Assembly: GCA_039586795.1 (NCBI GenBank)
Contig: JBDHJS010000003.1
Location: 96,001-160,000 of the forward strand
Length of the DNA stretch: 64,000 nucleotides
Direction: 5' to 3'
From: Gemmatimonadota bacterium
GTDB lineage: Bacteria; Gemmatimonadota; Gemmatimonadetes; Palauibacterales; KS3-K002
Under the pieces are notes generated by a model. That model was not told the DNA's origin. It saw only the letters and a list, made by a program, of their open reading frames with translations, and made no database searches. This document shows, in pieces, positions 56,234 through 64,000 of the stretch; position 1 is the first letter of the stretch; each line of letters begins with the position of its first letter. The translations under genes and the position numbers were made by a program.

Positions 56234-56647
56234 TTGGGACAGACGGCCAACAGGATCTGGAAGGTAGAGCGCCGCGACGCAGAGAGGGACTCGACAGCGA
56301 CAAGGGACGACCGTGCTACCGCACTTGTGACGATAGAAGAAGTACTCCGACCACCGGATACCACCACCACCGCAGCTGTAACCTGTCCTGAGCGCGATGC
56401 CAGTCGCTCGAATCACCATCTGCCTAGCAGCGTTCCGACACCCGTCACTGTTCGCCGCCCGAATACAAGGCGTGCCCGGCGTTTCCGCTTGAAGAAGCGA
56501 TTCGCGATCGTGGCGCTGGCTATTGGATTGGCAATATCGGTTGGCCTGCTGGCCGGCTCGCGGCTCAATAGCGCCAATGATCATCCGGCTGTGTCGGGCG
56601 CGTACGGCATACCGGAAGTGCCGGGCCATCCCGGCGGCGGGTACTAG
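56234..56647 (+). CDS. Hypothetical single-TM protein
   Basis: Basic stretch (RRARRFRLKKR) followed by a hydrophobic helix; fills the intergenic gap. Start is uncertain. Confidence 0.4.
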   Translation: MGQTANRIWKVERRDAERDSTATRDDRATALVTIEEVLRPPDTTTTAAVTCPERDASRSNHHLPSSVPTPVTVRRPNTRRARRFRLKKRFAIVALAIGLAISVGLLAGSRLNSANDHPAVSGAYGIPEVPGHPGGGY

Positions 56648-56668
56648 CCTCAGGAAACGCCCAGCACC

Positions 56669-57220
56669 TTACGGCTGCCTGAGATCGAAGCCCAAGTAGC
56701 CGTCGATCCACAAGTAGTCGCTGTTCTCTCCTCCCCTGAACACCATGTAGAAGCTTGTCCCGACCAGCACCGTCAGGTGCTCCGATACCTCCAGCCCCAG
56801 ACCCCCACCAAGCTGAAGTCCGCCGTCCCAGCGTCGACCGTTCGAGACCTGATCCTTGGTTACAAACGCGCCGAGTCCAATCAAGGCGAACGGATCGTAG
56901 GCTCCCCAGCTACCCACTGCCTTCGCTATCAGCGACAGATCGATAATCCCCTCATTGTCCACGGTGCCCGGCAGCGGCTCGTGGTCGAACGAGTGAAACG
57001 CGAGCTGAGCGCCCACCCTCGTCATTGGACTCAGCGTGTACTCGCCGCGCGCCCCGGCCACGAAGCCCGGATCGAAGTGCACGTTCATATCCCCTACCGG
57101 CCACCCAGCGCCCAGCATGAAGCTCGCGCGGAGGTAGTGATCGGCTGGTTCCTCCTGGCCCGCTGCGGGTAACGCTTGCAGCATCAGCATTGCGAAGGCT
57201 AGGGCATGCCGATTCAGCAC
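56669..57220 (-). CDS. Small (8-stranded-type) outer-membrane beta-barrel protein
   Basis: Signal peptide and amphipathic strands (PFALIGLGA, GLQLGGGLG, YLGFDL). Confidence 0.75.
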   Translation of the reverse strand: MLNRHALAFAMLMLQALPAAGQEEPADHYLRASFMLGAGWPVGDMNVHFDPGFVAGARGEYTLSPMTRVGAQLAFHSFDHEPLPGTVDNEGIIDLSLIAKAVGSWGAYDPFALIGLGAFVTKDQVSNGRRWDGGLQLGGGLGLEVSEHLTVLVGTSFYMVFRGGENSDYLWIDGYLGFDLRQP

Positions 57221-57420
57221 TGGCTCTCCCGAGGTCTATGGTCGAAGGCGGAGGGGCCGTGGGCGTAGGGGTGCGTGTCCTAGATACAATGAGGCAGGCG
57301 CCTCGTGCAAGATGCAGCCTCCGTCAGACCGATTGACAAGCCCGTTTCGCCTGCCGTCCCGCCGCACTACCTTGTGCCGTCAAGCTCCAATCCAGCGAGA
57401 TATCATTACCGGGAGGAGAG

Positions 57421-60400
57421 ATGATTAGACGACTCGCACTCCTGCTGGCCTTAGTACTTCTCGTACCCAAGGCGCCGGCAGTGGCGCAGGGCGACAACGG
57501 CACGCCGCAGCTGAATTCCGGTCTGCTGAACGCTCTGAGTATGCGCAACATCGGCCCAGCTCTGATGTCGGGCCGGGTGAGCGACATCGCGGTGGACCCG
57601 ACGAACCATAGCGTCTGGTATGTCGCGATGGCGTCCGGGAACCTGTGGAAGACAGAGAACGCCGGCACAACCTGGCGTCCGATCTTCGATAGGTACGCTT
57701 CCTATTCCGTGGGCGCCGTGACGGTAGACCCAAAAGACCCACTGACCATCTGGGTCGGCACCGGCGAGAACAACAGCCAGCGAAGCGTCGCGTACGGCGA
57801 CGGAGTGTACAAGTCCACGAACGGGGGTCGGAGCTTTACAAACGTAGGGCTGAAAGACTCCGAGCACATCGGGATGATTCGCGTCGACCCACGCAACTCG
57901 GACGTCGTCTACGTCGCGGCGCAGGGCCCGCTCTGGGCCCCGGGTGGCGACCGCGGGCTGTACAAGACAACTGACGGTGGCGCGACATGGGACCTGGTTC
58001 TAGAGATCGACGAAAACACTGGGGTGTCCGAAGTCTACTTCGAGACCGGCAACCCGGATGTCGTGTACGCCGTCTCTTACCAGCGTCGGCGCCACGTCTG
58101 GACGCTGATCGACGGCGGTCCGGGTAGCGGGATCTGGAAATCGACGGACGCCGGAGCGACCTGGAACAAGATCAACAGCGGCCTGCCTAGCGGGGACAAA
58201 GGCAAGATCGGGATGGCCGTTTCACCCATCCGGCCCAACGTTCTCTACGCGATCGTCGAGGCGACAGGCAACCGCGGCGGCTTCTACAAGTCAGAGAACG
58301 GCGGGCAGAACTGGTCGAGGCAGTCCAGCTACGTCAGCGGCAGCCCGCAGTACTACAATGAGATCTTTGCCGACCCGCACAAATTCGACCGCCTCTACTC
58401 CATGGACACTCGCCTCATGGGCTCGGACGACGGCGGAGAGAATTGGTACCGTGTCGGCGAACGTTGGAAGCACGTCGACAACCACGCGCTGTGGATCGAT
58501 CCGAAAGATGCGAACCACTTCGTGGTAGGCTGCGACGGCGGCCTCTACGAGACATTCGACCGCGGCGCCAACTACAAGTTCTTCCCCAACCTGCCCGCTA
58601 CCCAGTTCTACAAGGTCGCGGTCAGCAACGACGAGCCGTTCTACTACGTCTACGGCGGAACGCAGGACAACAACACGCAGGGCGGTCCGGTGCGTACCGA
58701 CAACGTACACGGCATTCGCAATAGCGACTGGTTCATCACAGTAGGCGGCGACGGATTCGATCCGGCGGTCGATCCGGTAGAGCCGAACATCGTCTACTCG
58801 CAGTGGCAGTACGGCGGCCTGATCCGGTTCGACCGGGCCACCGGGGAAACGGTGGACATCAAGCCGCGCGAATCGCGCGAAGGGCCGCCGCTACGCTGGA
58901 ATTGGGACTCAGCGCTGCTCATCAGCCCGCACTCCAACACGCGAGTCTACTTCGCGGCGCAGATCCTCTTCCAAAGCGACGATCGCGGGAATACCTGGCG
59001 TGCGATCAGCGGCGATCTGACGCGGAACATGGATCGCAACACGCTGCCGGTGATGGGCCGGATCTACGGCGTTGACGCCGTTGCCAAGAACCGCTCGACG
59101 TCGCTGTACGGAACCATCGTAGCGCTGACCGAGTCGCCGTTGGTCGAAGGATTGATCTACGTCGGCACCGACGATGGCCTGGTCCAGGTCACCGAAGACG
59201 GCGGAGAGAACTGGCGGGAGATCGACGGCATCGGCGACGTCCCCGAGATGACTTACGTGAGCGATCTCGAGGCCTCGCTCCACAACGAAAACACCGTGTT
59301 TGCCGTGTTCAACAACCACAAGAACGGCGACTTTCTGCCTTTCGTGTACAAGAGCACGAACCGCGGCGGCTCGTGGACAAACATCACCGGCGACCTGCCG
59401 GAGCGGGGCTCGGCTCATACGATCGTACAGGATCACGTCAATCCGAACCTGCTCTTCGTCGGTACAGAATTCGGCATCTTCGCGACACTCAACGGCGGAA
59501 CGAACTGGATCCAGCTTAAGGGCGGCATGCCGACGATTGCGGTCCGAGACCTGGAGATTCAGCGGCGCGAGAACGATCTGGTCGCCGCCTCGTTCGGCCG
59601 CAGCTTCTTCGTTCTGGACGACTACACGCCGCTGCGTGATCTAAACACGCAGTTGCTTCAGGCCGATGCTCACATCTTCCCGATCAAGACCGCTGATCTG
59701 TACATCCAGCGGCGATCGCTCGGTGGTGGGGAGAAGGCATCACAGGGCTCGATGTTCTACACGGCGCCCAACCCGCCTTTCGGCGCGACCTTCACGGTCT
59801 ACCTGAAGGACTCGCTGAAGACCAACCGAGCGCAACGGCAGGAGCGCGAGCGCGAGGCGGCACGTGAGGGAGAGGACACGCCGTATCCGAGCTGGGAAGC
59901 GCTGAAAGCGGAGGACCGCGAGGAAGGCCCCGTTGTGATCCTGACGATCCGCGACCAGAGCGGCGCTGTTGTTCGTCGCCTCGATGGACCGACATCGGCA
60001 GGAATGCACCGTCTGACATGGGATCTCCGGTACCCGGGCGTTGGACCGATCAGCATGAACAGCCAGGGCCGTGGCCCACTGGTCGTGCCCGGCACCTACA
60101 CCGTCGAGATTCATAAGCGGGTTGACGGAGTGATTACCGAGCTGGCGCCGGCCACGCCGTTCCAGGTAGAAGTGCTCGGGACTCCCACCTTGCCGCCCGC
60201 CGATCGCGAGGCACTGCTCGCCTTCCAGATGCAGGTAGGCGATTTGCAGCGCGCCGTGCAGGGAGCCAGCCGGGCAGCGGCCGACGCCGAAGAACAGATT
60301 GGCTTCATCAAGCGGGCAATCGAGATTTCACCTCAGGTCGATGTAGCTTTGAGGAACGAGGCGCGCTCTCTAGAGATTAGGCTGATGGACCTTCGGGAAG

Positions 60401-60684
60401 CGCTGGGCGGCGATCCGACCAAGCGACGTCGTAGCGAATCGGCGATGCCGGGCATCCAGAGCCGCATCAGTACGGTGGTGTTCGGCAGTATGTCCAGCAC
60501 ATCCGCTCCCACCGCGACGCAGCAGCAGGGCTACGAGATCGCTGCGTCCTTGTTCACGGAGATCTACAACGACCTCAGCCAGTTGATCGAAGTGGATCTG
60601 CCGGCCTTCCAGCAGCGGCTAGAGGCGGCTGGTGTTCCCTGGACACCGGGTCGCGGGATGCCGGACTGGAATGGAGGAAACTGA
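57421..60684 (+). CDS. Large secreted VPS10/sortilin-like BNR-repeat protein (often annotated glycosyl hydrolase)
   Basis: RNIGPA.MSGRV.DIAV, many S/T.DGG..W Asp-boxes, HVDNHALWIDP, GGTQDN, and a C-terminal FlgD-like domain with coiled coil. RBS GGAGGAG. Confidence 0.88.
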   Translation: MIRRLALLLALVLLVPKAPAVAQGDNGTPQLNSGLLNALSMRNIGPALMSGRVSDIAVDPTNHSVWYVAMASGNLWKTENAGTTWRPIFDRYASYSVGAVTVDPKDPLTIWVGTGENNSQRSVAYGDGVYKSTNGGRSFTNVGLKDSEHIGMIRVDPRNSDVVYVAAQGPLWAPGGDRGLYKTTDGGATWDLVLEIDENTGVSEVYFETGNPDVVYAVSYQRRRHVWTLIDGGPGSGIWKSTDAGATWNKINSGLPSGDKGKIGMAVSPIRPNVLYAIVEATGNRGGFYKSENGGQNWSRQSSYVSGSPQYYNEIFADPHKFDRLYSMDTRLMGSDDGGENWYRVGERWKHVDNHALWIDPKDANHFVVGCDGGLYETFDRGANYKFFPNLPATQFYKVAVSNDEPFYYVYGGTQDNNTQGGPVRTDNVHGIRNSDWFITVGGDGFDPAVDPVEPNIVYSQWQYGGLIRFDRATGETVDIKPRESREGPPLRWNWDSALLISPHSNTRVYFAAQILFQSDDRGNTWRAISGDLTRNMDRNTLPVMGRIYGVDAVAKNRSTSLYGTIVALTESPLVEGLIYVGTDDGLVQVTEDGGENWREIDGIGDVPEMTYVSDLEASLHNENTVFAVFNNHKNGDFLPFVYKSTNRGGSWTNITGDLPERGSAHTIVQDHVNPNLLFVGTEFGIFATLNGGTNWIQLKGGMPTIAVRDLEIQRRENDLVAASFGRSFFVLDDYTPLRDLNTQLLQADAHIFPIKTADLYIQRRSLGGGEKASQGSMFYTAPNPPFGATFTVYLKDSLKTNRAQRQEREREAAREGEDTPYPSWEALKAEDREEGPVVILTIRDQSGAVVRRLDGPTSAGMHRLTWDLRYPGVGPISMNSQGRGPLVVPGTYTVEIHKRVDGVITELAPATPFQVEVLGTPTLPPADREALLAFQMQVGDLQRAVQGASRAAADAEEQIGFIKRAIEISPQVDVALRNEARSLEIRLMDLREALGGDPTKRRRSESAMPGIQSRISTVVFGSMSSTSAPTATQQQGYEIAASLFTEIYNDLSQLIEVDLPAFQQRLEAAGVPWTPGRGMPDWNGGN

Positions 60685-60709
60685 AATAAGCGGTGAGCAG
60701 TAGGTGGTA

Positions 60710-60750
60710 GGGGGTAGGGAGTGATCGCAACCGATCTACTCCCTACCCCC
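60710..60750. terminator. Hairpin between convergent genes (probable terminator)
   Basis: GGGGGTAGGGAGT...ACTCCCTACCCCC stem with an inner GATCG/CGATC. Confidence 0.65.
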
Positions 60751-60773
60751 TTCCTCTATCGCGGCCCGATCGT

Positions 60774-61433
60774 TCAGATGCAGGCGCTCTCGTCCTTGTA
60801 CCGCACCTCTTCTTGCAGTTCTGTGATCACACCCGAAGTCGACACGTGAAGCACATATCGGTTTGTTTGGACCGGCGCGCAGAACTCGACCGTCTTCAAC
60901 ACCACCAATTCGAACCCGTCCTCGACATCGCGAATCCCACCCTCGGCCTTATCGACGGTGTTCCAGTGATACCGGAAACCGTCCACCAGGATGATCGCCT
61001 CTTCACGGCTGTCTATCGTTCCGAGAAAGTCGCCAAGCTCTTCCTGCGTGGCCCACATCAAGAATTGATTGTCGCTAACGCCCAAGATGTACTTGAAACA
61101 GTAGCCGGGCAGGCATTGAATTCCGAATCCGGTCTCCGCCTGCGTGGAATCGAATGAGGCGATAAGGCCTGAGCCCAGAGAATCTTTGGTTCTCCAACCT
61201 CCCGATCCAATCACCGAGTCCGGTGGCGCGGATCCGAAGAAGGCGAACCTGTACTCCCAGTAGTCCAGTGAATCCGACGGCACTACCCGGGAATAGTCGA
61301 GACCCTCCAGCGCGGGAAGCTGCTCGAAATCTGCCAGATCGACTTCAAACGATGAGTCGCACCCCAGGAGGGTTGCACTTAGCCACGCGATGCACAATCC
61401 GTTGAACCGAACGTGGGCATTCATTGGCAGCAC
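60774..61433 (-). CDS. Hypothetical lipoprotein with conserved cysteines
   Basis: Lipobox LLGC; GFGIQCLPGYCFKY, FLGTIDS.EEA, CAP, terminal CI. Confidence 0.7.
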   Translation of the reverse strand: MLPMNAHVRFNGLCIAWLSATLLGCDSSFEVDLADFEQLPALEGLDYSRVVPSDSLDYWEYRFAFFGSAPPDSVIGSGGWRTKDSLGSGLIASFDSTQAETGFGIQCLPGYCFKYILGVSDNQFLMWATQEELGDFLGTIDSREEAIILVDGFRYHWNTVDKAEGGIRDVEDGFELVVLKTVEFCAPVQTNRYVLHVSTSGVITELQEEVRYKDESACI

Positions 61434-61516
61434 CCCTCTCTCTTGGCATGAAGGTCTCCCTGTCTGTGTGACGCGGAGGGGGGTGCGGTCGTTAAGCTAT
61501 CGTTCCTGTCCCTGGT

Positions 61517-64000
61517 TCAACCCGAGCAGACGGCTCTGACGGCGAGTATCTGGTAGGGATCAAGTTCAACCGTCTCGGGCAAAGCATCGAGTTCCGATTC
61601 CCGGACATCACTTCTGAAGAAGGAGCAGGTCGCGCCTTCACCGGGCACAAACCTCACTGCGTCGGCGGATTCCCCCGGGTTGAACAGACGAATGAAGAGG
61701 CCGCTTCCGTCATCAGCGGTCTTCAAGAGAGTGACGACGGCGCGGTCCGCCTCGACACGCACAGGAAACTTCAACGGCTCCGAATCCGGTGGGGCGGCGA
61801 CAACGATCAGCGGCTGGCCGATCTCCATCGCGAATCGCTCGGCCACCGCCTCGTCGAACGAACCGTGCGGGCGAAGCGAGTAGCGGAATTCGTGAAACCC
61901 ATCCTGTGCGGCCTTGTAGTTGGTCTCCCAGTAGTTGTTCATAACGTACGAGTATACCGTCGCTGACTGAGGAATTTGGTGCAGCCAGCCAGTAACGATC
62001 GCATCCGTCCGAATGCTGCCAAACTGAATCATTGGGACGTCGATGCTAACGAGCGTCATGCCGGAGAAGTCGTTGTGAACGTCGACCCAACGTTGCAGGC
62101 TCATGTAGTTCTTCGATGCCCCCGGTAGTTGGTCCTCCTCGAGGCGGAACGAGCCCCACGGTACGTCGACTCGAACGCGAGGATCTCTAACGTTGAAAGC
62201 GAACTCGTAGAGAACAGCTTCCGGATCATGGACCGCGCGTTTGTACAGCCAATTGATCAAGTCAATTCGGGGAACACGCTCATAGATACGTATCTCGTTT
62301 CGTAGTAGCTGGTCGACACCAGCGGCCGGCGCCACGATCTCTACGGCCGACACGAGAGGTCCATACTCCTTCAACCGCACCGCCGCGCGTCCACTCGTGA
62401 CCGCAGCAGCTGGATCCCGGCCCGGCACGTAGAAGTACCGGTTGACGCTTCTCCCATCCTGGCCGTCATACACCAGATCTCTCTTCGCCCTTTGACTATA
62501 GAGAGAAACGATCGCGCCGGTCGTCGTGTCGACCTCGATCCTGAACTCGGAGTTGGCCAGCACATTGTGCCTGACCCTGGACGCGCTTCGCCGGGCTGCC
62601 TCGCCCTCGCTGACCGTGAAGTGCATCGATCCAAACGCCGGGACGTCGCTGGCCAGGAAGACCAGTTCGCCAGTGCTAAGCCTCTGGGAGAGGACTGGAC
62701 GTCCCGATTCGTCGAGGACTACATCACCGAAAGCACTCTCTTCGGCCGAAAGCGTTACCACGTCGGTTCGCGGCCAGCTGCTTGTGTTGACCACCTCGAA
62801 ACGGCCCGCCGACGGTCTGTTCCAAAGCCGTGCCGTCAACGTACGCAATCGTAGGCGCCGAGCCTGCAGACTCGCGACTTCTGCAAACTCCTTCTTGTGC
62901 TCCCATTGGCTGAGCGTGAACTCAGAACGCGGTTCGCTGATCGAGTTCCACGATCCCCAGGTGTGTTCGTAGTACAGGATGACGTTCCGCCAGGCCTCGC
63001 GCAGCTCGTCATCGGGCAGTTCAACTCCAAAGATCGCGGCGAGCGCTTCGGTTTGCGCGAGGCTCTCGGCGACGCGTCGCACGGAAGCGGTCTCTCGAGC
63101 CGAGGAGGCCGCGCCATCTTCCCAGTGCCCAGTAAGGTCGCCGCGCAATACGGGTAGCTGGTTGCCATATCGAGCCTCGAACTCCGCAAAGACATCGCTC
63201 ACCGTCGAGATGGCCAACCGTGGTGATACAAACCGCTCGTTCCAGGCGCGTACCGCGTCGGCCAAATTGGGATCCGGCGGCCCGTTGTCGGATCCGATGT
63301 TGTAGCGGAGGTAGACGATATCGAACGGATACTCCTCCCGACCAAGCTGCTCGACGTAGCCGAACACGTTCTCTTCGTCCAACGCCTTCGTGATCTGGGA
63401 ATAGCCCAGGCCGCTGTGAAACAGCGCATAACCTGCGCCCGACACCCAGGTGAGCACCCGGTCTTCGCCAGATGGCGACTCCCAGTAGAACGGCCGATCT
63501 CCCAACTCGTCGAGGAAGTAGCCGATGCGATGTCCGAAGTTCGGTCCGATTGATAGATACTTGATTCCGTTCTGGGCCAGCACCGGAACCAGCCCCCAGG
63601 TGAACCCCGGTATGTCACTCAGAATCGCCGACTCGATGGCGACGCCCGTCGCATCGCCAAGTCGGCGTGACGCTTCCAGGCTGCGCATCAGACCTTCAGA
63701 AGTCGCAATGCCCGTCAACAGGTTCGCATACATGCCGTCGAGCTTGATCCAACCACGACGAATCCCTTCGAGCAGCCGCTCGTTCTCCTGCTCTGTGTGA
63801 TTCTCGAAGTAGGACTCGACTGCCCAAAGACCTTCAGGATTCCAAACGAAGCGCGCCTCTTCCGGATACCCTTCACTCGCCGCACCCAGCCGAAGCGCCT
63901 CCTCGAGGTGATCCCACTGCATCTGCTCGACTTCGTCCTGATGATGGGTGTACCCGATGTCGAGGTGGGTGTGGTGGATCAGGTACATGTCGATCCGGCG
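61517..64000 (-). CDS. Glycoside hydrolase family 38-like (alpha-mannosidase fold), 5'-truncated by the window edge
   Basis: HHTHLDIGYT, DIPGFTWG, PFYWESP.G..VL.W, DNGPP, WEDGAASSA, YYEHTWG, YSYVMNNYW.TN. The frame is open to base 64000. Confidence 0.85.
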   Translation of the reverse strand, partial: RRIDMYLIHHTHLDIGYTHHQDEVEQMQWDHLEEALRLGAASEGYPEEARFVWNPEGLWAVESYFENHTEQENERLLEGIRRGWIKLDGMYANLLTGIATSEGLMRSLEASRRLGDATGVAIESAILSDIPGFTWGLVPVLAQNGIKYLSIGPNFGHRIGYFLDELGDRPFYWESPSGEDRVLTWVSGAGYALFHSGLGYSQITKALDEENVFGYVEQLGREEYPFDIVYLRYNIGSDNGPPDPNLADAVRAWNERFVSPRLAISTVSDVFAEFEARYGNQLPVLRGDLTGHWEDGAASSARETASVRRVAESLAQTEALAAIFGVELPDDELREAWRNVILYYEHTWGSWNSISEPRSEFTLSQWEHKKEFAEVASLQARRLRLRTLTARLWNRPSAGRFEVVNTSSWPRTDVVTLSAEESAFGDVVLDESGRPVLSQRLSTGELVFLASDVPAFGSMHFTVSEGEAARRSASRVRHNVLANSEFRIEVDTTTGAIVSLYSQRAKRDLVYDGQDGRSVNRYFYVPGRDPAAAVTSGRAAVRLKEYGPLVSAVEIVAPAAGVDQLLRNEIRIYERVPRIDLINWLYKRAVHDPEAVLYEFAFNVRDPRVRVDVPWGSFRLEEDQLPGASKNYMSLQRWVDVHNDFSGMTLVSIDVPMIQFGSIRTDAIVTGWLHQIPQSATVYSYVMNNYWETNYKAAQDGFHEFRYSLRPHGSFDEAVAERFAMEIGQPLIVVAAPPDSEPLKFPVRVEADRAVVTLLKTADDGSGLFIRLFNPGESADAVRFVPGEGATCSFFRSDVRESELDALPETVELDPYQILAVRAVCSG

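Noticed and set aside
1..64000. Hundreds of overlapping or antisense ORFs in the six-frame track (e.g. 4029..4796, 19915..20826, 35640..36452, 43446..44138, 48209..48910)
   Set aside because: They are shadows of recognisable genes in GC-rich DNA, Arg/Pro/Ala-rich and without family motifs.
1..64000. CRISPR array, transposase/IS, prophage or rRNA
   Set aside because: I saw no regularly spaced repeats with unique spacers, no DDE or phage structural motifs, and no rRNA-like sequence.

Overview
GC-rich bacterial chromosomal segment. The gene repertoire suggests Gemmatimonadota, but this is an inference. About 1-40.2 kb is a large, multi-operon cell-surface glycan/EPS locus. It has GT4 x3, GT2 x2, a GT39/ArnT-like transferase, a Wzy/O-antigen ligase-like protein, an ABC flippase, PEP-CTERM-locus-type FemAB and deacetylase genes, and many tailoring enzymes (sulfotransferase, carbamoyltransferase, two methyltransferases, AsnB, GMC and GlpD-like oxidoreductases, epimerases). 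Embedded at 19.6-25.8 kb is a surface-protein cassette: an FN3 lipoprotein, two near-identical DUF4185-like domains, a serine hydrolase and a VanZ protein. 40.6-50.7 kb is a candidate trans-envelope signalling/uptake block: a Ser/Thr pseudokinase-TM-PEGA, an intact histidine kinase with an unusual C-terminal TM-PEGA tail, a TPR/FlgD-like protein, a beta-barrel, a TonB-dependent receptor and a lipoprotein. The rest holds purE, tRNA-Arg(CCT), a frameshifted CSLREA surface protein, a zincin, BNR/VPS10 propellers and a partial GH38-like gene. Highlights: (1) sigma-54-type -24/-12 motifs in front of most operons from 4.9 to 46.7 kb; (2) the PEGA-tailed pseudokinase/His-kinase pair; (3) two apparent split-beta-sandwich anchoring devices, namely an FN3 lipoprotein lacking strand A next to a protein ending in an orphan strand A, and an Ig-like domain interrupted by a TM hairpin with an internal lipobox; (4) a catalytically degenerate GT2 paired with an intact paralog. 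No CRISPR array, transposase or rRNA was seen. All family calls are by motif recognition, not database search.
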